Shown piece by piece: positions 13,305 through 28,071 of a DNA stretch of 64,000 nt. A program made the translations under genes and the position numbers. How positions within the stretch are numbered: position 1 is the first letter of the stretch; every line of letters starts with the position of its first letter. Source of the stretch: Macrostomum lignano (taxonomy: Eukaryota); assembly GCA_002269645.1 (NCBI GenBank), contig NIVC01001306.1, positions 186,001 to 250,000 on the forward strand, written 5' to 3'. Under the pieces are notes generated by a model. It worked only from the letters and a program-made list of their open reading frames with translations, had not been told where the DNA came from and made no database searches.

Positions 13305-13622
13305 CATGTCAGTTGCTGGGCCATCGCCCTCCCAGATCCTCAGTTGCTGGGCCAGCCTCCCAAATCCTCAGTTGCTGGGCCTCCTTCCCAGATCCTCAGT
13401 TGCTGGGCCTCCTTCCCAGATCCCAGTTGCTGGGCCATCGCCCTCCCAGATGCTCAGTTGCTGGGCCATCGCCCTCCCAGATGCTCAGTTGCTGGGCCAG
13501 CCTCCCAGATGCTCAGTTGCTGGGCCAGCCTCCCAGATCCTCAGTTGCTGGGCAGCCTCCCAGATGCTCAGTTGCTGGGCCAGCCTCCCAGATCCTCAGT
13601 TGCTGGGCAGCCTCCCAGATCC
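13305..13622. repeat. second array of the 28-bp CAGTTGCTGGGCCAGCCTCCCAGATCCT family, CPE intron 3
   Basis: units identical or near-identical to the ATG8 intron 3 array. Confidence 0.95.
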
Positions 13623-13696
13623 TGACTGTGGATGTCTTCCAGTCCCCATACAGTCCAGTGAGTGCTTACTAGAGCGGCTTCCCCCTCTCCCACCAG

Positions 13697-13919
13697 GTGG
13701 AGCTGGGCTGCAAGAAGTACCCGCCAGGCAACGAGCTGCCCCGCTACTGGGAGGAGAACAGGCAGGCCTTGGTCAACTACATGTCCGCCGTGCACTTCGG
13801 CATCAAAGGCCAGGTTACCAAGGCCGGCAGTCCTGTTGCTAAGGGTGCCGCTGTTATCACGGTTGACCGCATCGACACCGACGGATCTGTGCTGCCCATC
13901 CTGCACAATGTGAACACCG
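13697..13919 (+). CDS. CPE: carboxypeptidase E/D-like, exon 4
   Basis: VELGCKKYP (catalytic Glu), YWEENRQAL, HFGIKGQV (start of the transthyretin-like beta domain); CCACCAG acceptor, G|GTGAGG donor. Confidence 0.95.
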
Positions 13920-13927
13920 GTGAGGGG

Positions 13928-14310
13928 TGATTATCATATGTGGAGGGCTATTATCACATTTCATTTTAGTGGTTATCATCTGTTGGGGGCGATTATCATA
14001 TTTAGGCGATTATCACATTTGGGCGATTATCATACGAGCGTATTTAGGCGATTATATCACATTTGGGCGATTATCATATTTGGGCGATTACAGTCGTATC
14101 ATCTGTGGGTGGGGGCGATTATCATCTGTGCGGGCGATTATCACATTTGAGCGATTATCATCTATCTGTGCGGGCGATTATCATCTGTGCGGGCGATTAT
14201 CACATTTGGGCGATTATCATCTATCTGTGCGGGCGATTATCATCTGTGCGGGCGATTATCACATTTGGGCGATTATCATATTTGGGCGATTATCATATTT
14301 GGGCGATGAT
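13928..14310. repeat. 17-19-bp minisatellite (GGGCGATTATCA core), CPE intron 4
   Basis: tandem periodicity filling almost the whole intron. Confidence 0.92.
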
Positions 14311-14371
14311 CATCAATAATAAACGCTTTTGGTGCAGAAGATCAATTAGCGACCCGCACCCGTTCCCACAG

Positions 14372-14598
14372 GAGCGCACGGCTACTACCACCGCCTGCTG
14401 ACTGACGGCCCCTTCGCCGTTACCACCAACGCCCCCGGCTGCGCCCCGGTCACCAAGTGCGTCATGATCGACAACGGCGTCAACCTGGAGCGCTGGTCGG
14501 CCCGTCAGGTCGACTTTCACCTGTGCGCTGACGCCGCCGCCACCGGCTCTGGCAAGCCGCGCCAGATCGACTCGTCCTGCGAAGGCGTCCTGGTTGAT
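14372..14598 (+). CDS. CPE: carboxypeptidase E/D-like, exon 5 (GAHGYYHRLLTDGPFAVTTNAPGC...EGVLVD)
   Basis: TTCCCACAG acceptor; G.Y.RLL..G motif; ends at a GTAAGT donor or reads on to TGA at 14658; terminal exon not resolved. Confidence 0.85.
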
Positions 14599-14669
14599 GT
14601 AAGTCTGGGAGGGCGGAGGGCAACTGCCCGCTGGTGCTGTGCCATTGCACGACTATGAAATTGACCTTG

Positions 14670-15632
14670 AGAATCGCCCCTCCTCTAAAAAAAATCGGCA
14701 GTGAGAATCGCCGTCCTATAAAAATCGCCACTGATAATCGCCCCCCCCCCTATAAAAATCGCCACTGAAAATCGCCCTCCTAAAAAAATCGCCCTCCTAA
14801 AAAAATCGCCAGTGAGAATCTCCTCCCCCCTATAAAAATCGCCACTGAAAATTTTCCTCCTATAAAAATCGCCCTCCTAAAAAAATCGCCACTGAAAATC
14901 GCCCTCCTAAAAAAATCACCAGTGAGATTCTCCTCCCCTCCTATAAAATCGCCAGTGAGACTCTCCTCCCCTCCTATAAAATCGCCAGTGAGACTCTCCT
15001 CCCCTCCTATAAAATCGCCAGTGAGATTCTCCTCCCCTCCTATAAAATCGCCAGTGAGACTCTCCTCCCCTCCTATAAAAATCGCTACTGAGAATCGCCT
15101 CCCTCCTATAAAAATCGCCACGGAGAATCGCCTTCCTCCTCCTATAAAAATCACCCCTGAGAATCGCCTCCCTCCTCCCATAAAAATCGCCACTGGGAAT
15201 CGCCTGCCTCCTCCTATAAAAATCGCCCTCCTATAAAAATCGCCAGTGAGACTCTCCTCCCCTCCTATAAAAATCGCCCCTGAGAATCGCCTCCCTCCTA
15301 TAAAAATCGCCACTGAGAATCGCCTTCCTACTCCTATAAAAATCGCCACTGAGAATCGCCTTCCTTACTCCTATAAAAATCGCCACTGAGAATCGCTTTC
15401 CTTACTCCTATAAAAATCGCCCCTGAGAATCGCCTCCCTCCTCTCATAAAAATCGCCACTGGGAATCGCCACCCCATCCTATAAAAATCGCCACTGAGAA
15501 TCGCCTTCCTTACTCCTATAAAAATCGCCACTGAGAATCGCCTTCCTCCTCCTATAAAAATCGCCCCTGAGAATCGCCTCCCTCCTCCCATAAAAATCGC
15601 CACTGGGAATCGCCCTCCTATAAAAATCTGCC
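14670..15632. repeat. ~20-35-bp minisatellite (CCTATAAAAATCGCCACTGAGAATCGCC core)
   Basis: tandem variants downstream of CPE exon 5. Confidence 0.92.
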
Positions 15633-17511
15633 CTAATACTTGCCCCTCCCACTAGTTATAAATTTTGTACTAAATGTACAGCTTTTGTATCTTTAAACTA
15701 CGCTAAAATTTCAGGGTGAATAAAGCACTGCGGCACTGCGGCACTGCGGCAATATAAAATTCGGAACCAAAAAAGTCACAAATTAACTGAAATGTCGAGA
15801 GGAATTTGACAATCTGAAAGATCCCATCGTATGCACGCATATAAAATATCCTTTCTATTTTTGTCACTGTCTGTCTGTTGTTAGCGTTAGCATGCCCTGC
15901 ATATTGGCTTTGTCAATTATATATTAATAAATATTTTTGTCAGTTATAGGCTAACGTGCGAAGCTTATTGTGTCCAGTTCATTCGTTTATTAATTGTGTT
16001 TTTTCTGTTACCATGGTTACCATGTGTCGCTAGCTGATAAAAAAGCAGCTCATTCGCGGAAAAGAATTACTGATCAAACATTCGAATATTTTATTTATTT
16101 GTTTTATTTCTAACAACCAAGGCATGTTTGCGGAATTTTTGTGTCCTTTTTCCCAATAAAGTTTTTCCTTGTTTCACTTTTTTCTTTAAACACAGATTTT
16201 CCCCAGATTTTGTTTTACAGCCTGAACACATTCGAAACCTCTGTAATTTTTTGTGGAGCAAATTCTGCTTGTGTCTGTATCTTTTAAAGTCCAATATTAA
16301 TTTGTCCTCTAGTCTTGCGCTACGCTTATTATTATTATCAAATAATTCCAGAAACTTATGTAAAACCCATAGAAAAGTAACTTATTGTAATTTTGTTTTA
16401 ACTGTCTGTCCAAAAGTTAAGCAAGCATAAGTGTTGTTATATTTTTGTGTGATGGCAAGCGCTGCTTCAATGTTGCTGCACTAATAGCTTGCATCTCAGA
16501 GGCTGAAGCTTGTTTGCTCAAAGATTGGGGCTGGCCAGGCATTCAGTTTGAGATGAGGCTGCCTGCAGAGTCTAATTTTAGCCCTGCCCTGTGTCCTGCA
16601 GCTGGGCTCTGGTGGATCGATAAGAGAGGAGCAAGAGAGCTTTCCAGTTCTCCTGCACGTGTTTCCCATCCCCCCTACCTCAAGTCGGTTCTCCACCTTC
16701 CATATTTGGACTGGGCCGGAATAGGGACGGGCCTGTGCGCAAGCACAAGGCAGGCTTGGACAGAAAAGTAAAGGAAGTGGCTGTGGGGAACTGAGAGAGA
16801 GAAAGAGAGGCTGGAGATGATGAAGCTCCCCGAGTCCCCGGGCAGGGCGACGTTAGGCTCCGCAGAAAAAATAAGTGCAAAGGCAGGCAGAGGAGAAATC
16901 TTTTCGACTCGAAGCTATTTTGTTGCGGCAACATCCTACTCGTTAGTAGGCTATGTGAAATATCAACCAACTCGCCCCCAAATAATAGTTTTGTTATTTT
17001 ATTCTAATCATTAATAGTTTATATAAATCTATTTATATTTGTTTAGCATATTTGTGTTCTTGTATATTGTGTTGGGAGTCCTTCAAAGTGCGGTGTTACA
17101 GCACTTGGATATCTATCTATCTATATATACATTTATTAAAACCATATTTAAGTCACTCTTTAAGCAGCTTCTTCTAACCGAAGTTTGAATTTTGCCAACG
17201 ATTCAAATTGGCAAAAAATTATATCTTGAAATCGTCCAATTTCGATATTTTCTCTGTCGATCTGTCTCAATCAAAAAAAATTGTGTCGTTGGCTTGTCCA
17301 GGCCCTCTGAAGTCTCTCTGTGCACCCGTGTCCGGTTTTCATGCACTAATTGAACAACACTTGGAATAGAAGGAAATTGTTGAAATTCAACAGAGTTTGT
17401 GATCTTGAAACATCTTTAAAATATACTGTTTGCCGCCAAGCTCTGGCTGAAGGCAATTATTGACAAAAGGCATCAAAAAAAATTTAAAACATTGCTTTTT
17501 GTTCTTTAGAT

Positions 17512-17623
17512 TCTCATGCCGATTCTCATGCCAATTCTCATGCCGATTCTCATGCTGATTCTCATGCTGATTCTCATGCCGATTCTCATGCCGATTTTCA
17601 TCCCAATTCTCATGCCGATTCTC

Positions 17624-17625
<2 letters not shown>
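17512..17625. repeat. 12-bp tandem repeat (GATTCTCATGCC)
   Basis: ~9 units. Confidence 0.9.
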
Positions 17626-19050
<1,425 letters not shown>

Positions 19051-19649
19051 ATGTGGTACCCTCGTCTGCAGCACAGCAATGGACAGTCAGACGAAGTGTT
19101 GACCGCAAACAAGGACCCAACGACAGATCAGACTCGTACAAGTGAAATCAAAGAGTCATAGGAGCTCGTATATGCAGAGTAGAAACACGGGCCCCGAATA
19201 CTCTCCAGCGATTTAAAGCCAAAAATAAAATATATATTTTAAAAAAACTAATTTCTATAACGTTAGGAAACCTCTGTCCGGTCCTTTGGTCTCGCCGGTC
19301 TTTGTTTTGAAGTCTTTGTGGCTCGTAATATTTTGTTAAACAAGGAAACTGCGAGAGAAATAAAGCATTTGCTGAGCCATTGCCAAAGAGTTCCAAAGAG
19401 AGAATCTGGATTGCATCAGAAGGATCGGAGCTGTGAAGGCCGACAAAATCTGAATCTCAGGCCAACACGGATACGAAATTTCACAACCCATCCATGTACT
19501 CCGTAGGAATCTCGTTCGCTTTCAGAACCATTTCTGTCCCGGTTCCGAATCACTGAACAAAATATTATTTTGGCGCCAATTAGGTCAAAAATCTTTCCTT
19601 TTCACATCTTAGAAAAAATACCATTTTAATATGCCGTTTTAATTAAGTG

Positions 19650-19755
19650 CCAAATAAAAGTTTTTAGCGCCAATTAAAAGTTTTTGGCGCCAATTAAAAG
19701 ATTTCAGCGCCAATTAAAAGTTTTTGGCGCCAATTATAAGATTTCAGCGTCAATT
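19650..19755. repeat. 20-bp tandem repeat (GCGCCAATTAAAAG core)
   Basis: ~5 alternating variants. Confidence 0.85.
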
Positions 19756-20377
19756 CGGCACCCAAATCCAAGTGATTCTTTTTCCGTATAAAAGGGAAAT
19801 TTCAGTGGCCTCGGATGATGTTGCTGCGGTGTAGGAACCCCCCTCCCCCGGTTTAAAGCTTTGTTTTCTCTCGATATCTGAAGCAATTGTGGCATTATTG
19901 GTTACCATATTTCTGCGTGTTTCTTTTCTCCTCATCAATTATTTTAGGACTGGGATTTGGAGCTGTCAGAATCTGGAATAAAGCAACTCTTTCCCTATAT
20001 AACTGCTCATTAACGGATCCAAGGGGGGGAGGTCAAGGGGGTCATCTGCCCCCCTGGAGGAAAGATCCTAGATCCGCTCCTGTCTAAAGCAATCATTAAG
20101 TTCTGCTTGATGAAACTAAATTTTATAAGCCAAAAAACTATAGTTTAAAATTCTGTCAAGGATTTAAAAAGTTTTCAAGCGGTTAACGTTCAGTTCCAAA
20201 ATATTGATAAAATTACATGTACAAAGCTTTCTTGAAACATTCAACCGTCCCAGAAAATTGCGCTCCCCCAAAACTAAATGAAAGAGGTAACAAAGCTCAA
20301 CGACAGACGTGAGCTCAACTTTTGCCACCCCTTGAACGTGGCATCCATCGGCCTAAGAGGCAGGGGTTAGGGAGCGC

Positions 20378-20888
20378 TCACCAAGAAACAGTGGCGTACC
20401 CACCAAGAGACATTGGCGCCCACCAAGAGACAGGGGCGTCCACCAAGAGACAGGGGCGTCCACCAAGAGACAGGGGCGCCCACCAAGAGACAGGGGCGTC
20501 CACCAAGAGACAGGGGCGTCCACCAAGAGACAGGGGCGTCCACCAAGAGACAGGGGCGCCCACCAAGAGACAGTGGCGCCCACCAAGAGACAGTGGCGCC
20601 CACCAAGAGACAGTGGCGTCCACCAAGAGACAGTGGCGTCCACCAAGAGACAGTGGCGTCCACCAAGAGACAGTGGCGTACTCACCAAGAGACAGTGGCG
20701 TACTCACCAAGAGACAGTGGCGTCCACCAAGAGACAGTGGCGTCCACCAAGAGACAAGGGCGCCCACCAAGAGACAGTGGCGTCCACCAAGAGACAGTGG
20801 CGTCCACCAAGAGACAGGGGCGTCCACCAAGAGACAGGGGCGCCCACCAAGAGACAGTGGCGTCCACCAAGAGACAGGGGCGCCCACC
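20378..20888. repeat. 20-bp minisatellite (CACCAAGAGACAGKGGCGYC)
   Basis: ~25 units; source of the TKRQGRPPR ORFs. Confidence 0.96.
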
Positions 20889-21404
20889 CACCAAGAGCCT
20901 TGGGGGTTGCGGCTCTTCCCGCCCCTCCAGTTACAATAAAAAGTCCAGCATTTGCCATCAGCTCTACCCCTCTATGCATTTGTCCCTGCCGTGTGCCGAA
21001 AATGAGGTTCCGTTGGGAACAGTTGGCAATCCAGACTCTAGTTTACGATCTCCTTGGCCAAACTAGGCCAAACCCGCCTCACCTCCGGCCCTGCCAATAC
21101 AGTATTTAGGAAGGCCGGCGGGAAAGCAGGCAGCGAGAACCGAACTGAGCCGCTTGAGAGAGAGAAAGAAAAAGACTGAGCTAAAAGAAAGAACAGCTGG
21201 TTACAAAGACTCAGATTTCTTTGTCTAACGCCAACCAGCACAGCGCCAGGTCTTTGTGACTTTTCAGTCTTTGTCGGAGTGCTGTTACTTCTATTCGCAA
21301 ATGTTTAGATTTGCGTTATTCGAAACTCGAAGTTTGAGCAAAATGTCTGCGATAGTCTATGTCTGCGAACTGAGTGCAGACACTGCAGTTGGTCTAAATA
21401 GGAC

Positions 21405-21417
21405 ATGGACGACGAAT
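21405..21417 (+). CDS. putative secreted protein, candidate exon A (MDDE-S)
   Basis: ATG then a consensus GTAAGT donor at 21418; phase 1 fits exon B; no homology recognised. Confidence 0.4.
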
Positions 21418-21644
21418 GTAAGTACACTGCGTGTTAATTTTAGCTGCACTTTCAGCTCTCCTTGTGAGCTTATGAGCGAATTTGACATTATTTGACATTA
21501 TTGGATCGAAATTCAGTCAGTTGGATGGGATCTTAAGTTTCATTCTCTCTCCCGGTCTGACCTTCGCTCCCTCTTTCTCTTCCTCTCTCACCCGTTTTTC
21601 TCTCGTATTCTCCCTCAAATCTCGTTCCTACATCTCGCCCCAGT

Positions 21645-22460
21645 CTCACTCTGAGATCCCCAATCTCACTTTGAGGTCTCCAATCTCACTCTGAGGTCCC
21701 CAATCTCACTTTGAGATCCCCAATCTCACTCTGAGATCTCCAATCTCACTTTGAGATCCCCAGTCTCACTCTGAGATCCCCAATCTCACTTTGAGATCCC
21801 CAATCTCACTCTGAGGTCCCCGATCTTACTTTGAGATCCCCATCTCACTCTTCTGAGATCTCCAATCTCACTTTGAGATCCCCGATCTCACTCTGAGATC
21901 CCCAATCTCACTCTGAGGTCCCTGATCTCACTTTGAGATCTCCAATCTCACTCTGAGGTCCCCGATCTCACTTTGAGATCCCCAATCTCACTCTAAGGTC
22001 CCCGATCTCACTTTGAGATAATCGCACTTTGAGATCCCAATCTCACTCTTAGGTCCCCGATCTCACTTTGAGATCCCCAATCTCACTCTGGGATCCCCAA
22101 TCTCACTCTGGGATCCCCAATATCACTCTGAGGTCCCCGATCTCACTTTGAGATCTCCAATCTCACTCTGAGATTGCCAATCTCACTCTGAGATTCCCAA
22201 TCTCACTCTGAGATCCCCAATCTCACTTATAGACCCCTAAGCTCAATATTAGATCTCCAATATCACCCTGAGATCCCCAATCTCACTCTGAGGTCCCCGA
22301 TCTCACTCTGAGATCCCCAGTCTCACTCTGAGATCCCCAATCTCACTTTGAGATCCCAATCTCACCCTGAGATCCCAATATCACTCTAACATCCCCAATC
22401 TCACTTATAGACCCCTAAGCTCAATATTAGATCTCCAATCTCACTCATAGCCCTAATGTC
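21645..22460. repeat. 20-bp minisatellite (TGAGATCCCCAATCTCACTY)
   Basis: ~40 units. Confidence 0.95.
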
Positions 22461-22914
22461 ACTCCGACTTGTCTTACCTAGTCTCACCCTAAACTATTTC
22501 TCAGATCCCCAATCTCTCTCCTACCTAGACATCCAATCTCAGGCCTAGATAAATCTCCAACCCAACACAAGCAAAAGCACTATCGGATGTTTCACTAGTT
22601 TTTTCTCAAACAGTGAGATTTATTACTCCTGGCAGAAACATTTTTTTAAGTTAGAAAGCTTCAATTCCGATAACTAGGGTATTCCTCTGTTACAGATTTT
22701 GTAACTTTTTTTTGAAATTAGCTACTGAAAGTAGCAAGCTTAGAAGCTGCCTAAGCTGCTTAAGCTGCTTTGATTTACAAAAGTTTAGTATTAGTGCATT
22801 CAGAATGAGAAATCGGGAGTCATTCAACAATTTTATTGACTCAAAGAAAACTCAAAGGGGCTTTGAGCGCTGCACTGCCGCTCAAAGGCGACGATTGGCC
22901 CGCAGCCAGCGAGG

Positions 22915-23170
22915 AGCCCAGCAGTCAGGCCCGTTCCGCTGGCCCTGAGCAGGCACACGCTCACACAAGGTGTACAGCGGCCCAGGCTTTCTAATCATCA
23001 AGCATGCACACTCTCTGTGCCCTGGTTGGCTGGCCTTCACGGGTGTGGATCGTACGACCAGCCCCAAGCAAAACTTTCCCGAGCACGAAACTCAAATTAA
23101 TGTGACTGAACCCAGGAACTTGGACGTTGAGTCGGGCGCGTTGAAGCCTGTGGTACTCTGTCGCTCTGAA
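22915..23170 (-). mobile_element. diverged copy of the tRNA-headed SINE-like element
   Basis: shares blocks in the same order with 60088-60530 (GTCACATTWATTTGRGTTT, GGCACAGAGA, GGGCCGCTGTACACCYTGTGTGAGCGTG, CAGCGGAACGGGC). Confidence 0.55.
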
Positions 23171-23645
23171 TGACCCCACATTTCACGGGAATAATGAGTG
23201 AATGATCCACAATTCACAGGGAAAAATGAGTGAAGCACCCACAATTTACGGGGAAAAATGAGTGAATGACTCACAATTCACGAGGAAAATGAGTGAAAGA
23301 CCCACAATTTACGGGGAAAATGAGTGAATAACCGACTATTCATGGGGAAAATGAGTGAATAACCGACTATTCATGGGGAAAATGAGTGAATAACCGACTA
23401 TTCATGGGGAAAAATGAGTGAATAACCGACAATTCACGGGTAATAATGAGTGAATAACCGAAAATTCACGGGGAATAATGAGTGAATAACCGACAATTCA
23501 CGGGGAATAATGAGTGAATAACCGACAATTCACGGGGAATAATGAGTGAATAACCGACAAGTCACGGGGAATAATGAGTGAATAACCGACAATCCATGGG
23601 GAATGATGAGTAAATGACCGCACATTTCGCACGGAAAATGAGTGA
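23170..23645. repeat. 32-bp minisatellite (CACGGGGAATAATGAGTGAATAACCGACAATT)
   Basis: ~14 units. Confidence 0.93.
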
Positions 23646-24452
23646 AAGACAATTCAAACAGAATGTACCAAAATTATTATTATCTGCTGTTTTTTTCAAT
23701 TCTAAAGAAATCGACTACAATAAGCTACCCATGCTACTATCAGTAGCACCATGCAGCAATCCCAGTAGTTTTGCGCGGCAGCAAATCGACAGCAGCCAAT
23801 GCTGAAATTTGGTTTCGTTGGGGGGGCATCAAATTCATGCATTAATAATCAGGCCGCGTTAAGCCGGCCGCCCCCCCACCTCCTCGCGGCACCCACCACC
23901 CCCCCCTTAAGCCGAGTCAGCAAAAATTTTCCAAGTCCGCATGAGGTCACTGTCTAAAAATAGCATCAGGCGTCATCGCTTCAGCCCCCCCCCTCACTCA
24001 CACAGACACAATCAGCAAAGCCCCGAAGCCTCTGCCCTCATATTGCCCCTGCCCTTGCACTAAGCCCCCCTTTTCCTATTATTCACTGCTCCTGCAGCCC
24101 GTTCCGCCTCCCGCCTCCTGCGTTTGACACAGCCAGGCAGCTTAGTAATATTATATAGTATGCGTATTATACAATAAGTAACAATGCTCCCTCCTGCTCA
24201 GTCCACCGCTTTCCCCCCGAGATGAGTCACAGAATTGTTCGATTTTGAGAGGCCTTGAGTTAAGGCACTCGTTTTTCTATTTCACTCTGAGTCTATATGA
24301 GTCTATGTGCTAACTGAATAGTGTACTCGTGGGTCCAGGCGTCTGGAAGACTAAAAAATTCAAGTCTGAGATTTCAGATGAGGAATTTTGGGATTTCGAG
24401 GCCAAGTTTAATCGCTTGATTCGGGATACGAGACTTCCAGCTGTTGGATCGG

Positions 24453-24700
24453 GTTTCTAAGAAAGTCCAAGATTTCAAGCTTTATGTGGTTTCTAAGAAA
24501 ACTCAGGATTCGAAGTTGAATCTTGTTTCTAAGAAAACTCAGGATTCGAAGTTGAATCTTGTTTCTAAGAAAACTCAGGATTCGAAGTTGAATCTTGTTT
24601 CTAAGAAAACTCAGGATTCGAAGTTGAATCTTGTTTCTAAGAAAACTCAGGATTCGAAGTTGAATCTTGTTTCTAAGAAAACTCAGGACTGAAAGGTGAA
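24453..24700. repeat. 36-bp tandem repeat (GTTTCTAAGAAAACTCAGGATTCGAAGTTGAATCTT)
   Basis: 5 exact contiguous units from 24489 plus degenerate flanking copies out to ~24915; no spacers. Confidence 0.95.
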
Positions 24701-25428
24701 TCTTGATTTAAATGCAAGATTCACCTTGCTTCTAAGATTCACCTTGTTTCTAAGAAATTCGAAGTTGGATCTGGTTTATATTCCAAGAAAACTAATGACT
24801 CCAAGTTGAATCTTGTTTCTAAGAAAACTGGTGATTTCAAGCTTTCAACCTTAGTCTGGTTTGTAGTTTCTAAGTAAATCAGTATTTTAAACTGCATCCG
24901 GTTTCTAAGAAACTCTTAATGATAACAATGATGAGTACGGTTTTGAGGAGTTAACGCGAGTAATCCCTAAACTGCCGGATCCAAGATGCTCAATCGCATT
25001 TGTCATGAATCATGATCGTGACCGAGTGCCCTAAAATTAATTAATAAAATTATGCAGAGCCGAGCCTCTCCCGCAAACCAGCAATTAAACGGCTACTTTA
25101 CCGCACACACAGGCCTGCCCTCCGCAATCCCCATTCCCTCGGGGTAGTTGAATAAAAACGCCAGTCGATCAGTTTTTATAGGAAATGAGGGCTTCAAAAG
25201 CCCGCATGCAAAGCTTCAGCCCAAGGAGGCCTAAAAAACCACAACTTTGGAGTTGACTGCAGTTGTTCACTTTGCACGCAACGTTTGGTTTTAATAAATT
25301 TTCTCGTGGTATTTGCGTTTTAAAAATAAAGATATCAACAATTTAGTCGGCCTGAAATCTAAAAAAATTGCTTTTAAATTTCTGAAAAAGACTGAGTTTT
25401 TTGCCATCGAAGAGTTGGTTTACTCCAG

Positions 25429-25506
25429 CTTCTATTGCACCATCAGTCAGTCTCCTTGCTGCATTATTGTTGATAGGCCATCTGTGGCAGCTCCAGGACT
25501 CACCAG
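25429..25506 (+). CDS. putative secreted protein, candidate exon B (SIAPSVSLLAALLLIGHLWQLQDSP-G), signal-peptide core
   Basis: TTTACTCCAG acceptor, G|GTACCA donor, hydrophobic core in the frame set by exon A. Confidence 0.45.
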
Positions 25507-26064
25507 GTACCAGCAGAAATCCCCCAACAGCTTTCCCATTGAATTCCCCTGGCTAATAGAAAAAATGGTGGCCTAACCCGGGCCTCGAACCCGCAGCGTT
25601 TGCTGCTCAATAATACGGCGCGTGGAACCGACTGATTTACGACCCATGATTTACAATGCCACCATCAGCATTGAGTTCTAATCTGTAATTTCACGTGTGC
25701 CGCACGCTCCGGCTAGTGTTGAGCTGCGGTGGCAATAAAATTGACCCCACTTTAACTGGAGGTTAAGGTCGCGGCCTTGAGCAAAAACTAAATCCTGGCT
25801 TCACAATCTGATTTTCTATGTAACGCAGCGAGCGAAATTTCTTGTTTGATCATTTGAATCCTAATTTGCTTAGCGCAACAAAGACTGTTGCGGCCTGCGA
25901 CCTTTTCTAATTTTATTTGAAAACTGAGCAACTGGGCGCCTGGCAACCTGATCCCGCTCTGCCTTATCTCTTTCTGAAATCTATCAGCTCATTCTGATTC
26001 CCCCCCCCCTATTTCTGACTCTGTTCGAATTTATTTGTGATTCCCGATTCTCCGAATTTATTCC

Positions 26065-26840
26065 TGACTCTCCAGTTCTCCTCCTGACTCTCTCCAGATC
26101 TCTTCCTGACCGTCTTCAGATCCCTTCCTGACTCTCTCCAGATCCCTTCCTGACTGTCACCAGATCTCTTCCTGACTATTACAAGATCTATTCCTGATTC
26201 TCACCAGATCTCTTCCTGACTGTCACCAGATCTCTTCCTGACTATTACAAGATCTATTCCTGATTCTCACCAGATCTCTTCCTGACTCTCACCAGATCTC
26301 TTCCTGACTATTACAAGATCTATTCCTGACTCTCACCAGATCTCTTCCTGACTCTCACCAGATCTCTTCCTGACTGTCACCAGATCTCTTCCTGGCTCTC
26401 ACCAGATCTCTTCCTGACTCTCTCCAGATCTCTTCCTGACTCTCACCAGATCTCTTCCTGACTCTCTCCAGATCCCTTCCTGACTCTCTCCAGATCCCTT
26501 CCTGACTCTCTCCAGATCCCTTCCTGACTCTCTCCAGATCCCTTCCTGACTCTCTCCAGATCCCTTCCTGACTCTCTCCAGATCCCTTCCTGACTGTCTC
26601 CAGATCTCTTCCTGACTGTCTCCAAATCCCTTCCTGACTCTCCAGTTCTCCTCCTGACTCTCCAGATCTCTTCCTGGCTCTTTCCAGATCTCTTTCTGAC
26701 TCTTTCCAGATCTCTTCCTGACTCTCACCAGATCTCTTCCTGACTCTCACCAGATCTCTTCCTGACTGTCACCAGATCTCTTCCTGACTCTCTCCAGAAC
26801 TCTTCCTGACTCTCACCAGATCTCTTCCTGACTCTCACCA
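26065..26840. repeat. 22-bp minisatellite (TGACTCTCWCCAGATCYCTTCC)
   Basis: ~33 units. Confidence 0.95.
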
Positions 26841-27337
26841 GAGAGAGAGAGAGTCAGGCTGCTTTCTGCTCAACGGACTTCCCACAGAAGTCATTCAGCA
26901 GGCATAATTAAAAGGCGGATTATGATAATTAGCGTTCCCTTTCTCAGGTGAGGAACAATGTCATTCAACAATGAATATCTGTAATAAATAGCGAATGAAC
27001 CCAGGACCATTGGCCCGCATCAGCTTCAAGTTAAATAATTTTATTATTATGGATCTCACTTCAAGCGGAATGACCGGGGGAGGAGAGGGAGCCGAGGATA
27101 GCAGAAGATAAAATGCATAAAATTGGGGTGCACTGGGGGGTTTTTTATTTCGGCAAACAACAGATGTTGTCTCTGGCTCTGCCTCAGCTGTGAGAGCGGT
27201 ATGGGAGAGTCCGCCCCCGGCTAAAATCAGTTCGTGACCAAACACAATGGCATATATGATTTTCCCTATGCGGGATCAGCAGGCGGAGCCGGGCCAAGGA
27301 CCACTGGAGAGGGCTGGGTTCTTGGATTGAAAACAGG

Positions 27338-27617
<280 letters not shown>

Positions 27618-28034
27618 GCAAATTGGGGAAGTTCTGTTGCTCCGCTTCGAGTCCAGGTGTTCAGACGTCCTGGGCTGGGAGCACGCGCGCCAGCCAAGCA
27701 AATCAAACATTCCCATTCTGGCTATCAGGGCCGGACCGCTGCCCCCCCGCTGAGCTCCGAAGTTCAGACGCGGAATTGCAGATTCCTTCAAGGCGGCATA
27801 GGCGGGCACACTGAAAGTGTGTGTTTGCGCTTCATCAAGCCGGCCCCCAATTTCCCCTTCACCTGTCACTCAGCGGGCAAGTCCGCACACCATACTTAGA
27901 GCTGACTCATTGCCCCAAAGACTACAGCAGCTCGATTTCTATATTTGGAGCCAGCAACTCCTTCCTTGGTGTCTTTTACTGTTTGTTTTTTGTCGCAAGC
28001 CCGCGTTCTACTAAGACTAGCTGTATATACATAG

Positions 28035-28071
28035 GCCTGTCTGTTGCAACACCTGTGCAGACAGCAGAAAG
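28035..28071 (+). CDS. putative secreted protein, candidate exon C (LSVATPVQTAE-R)
   Basis: ACATAG acceptor, strong AG|GTAAGC donor; S-V-A|T looks like a signal peptidase site. Confidence 0.45.

Noticed and set aside
20014-20076. MITE-like hairpin (CGGATC...GATCCG around G/C runs)
   Set aside because: Only a 6-bp inverted core, with no target-site duplication and no second copy in the window
24453-24700. CRISPR-like 36-bp direct repeats
   Set aside because: Units are contiguous with no spacers and the context is eukaryotic; it is an ordinary minisatellite. The same holds for the 28-, 32-, 35- and 47-bp arrays
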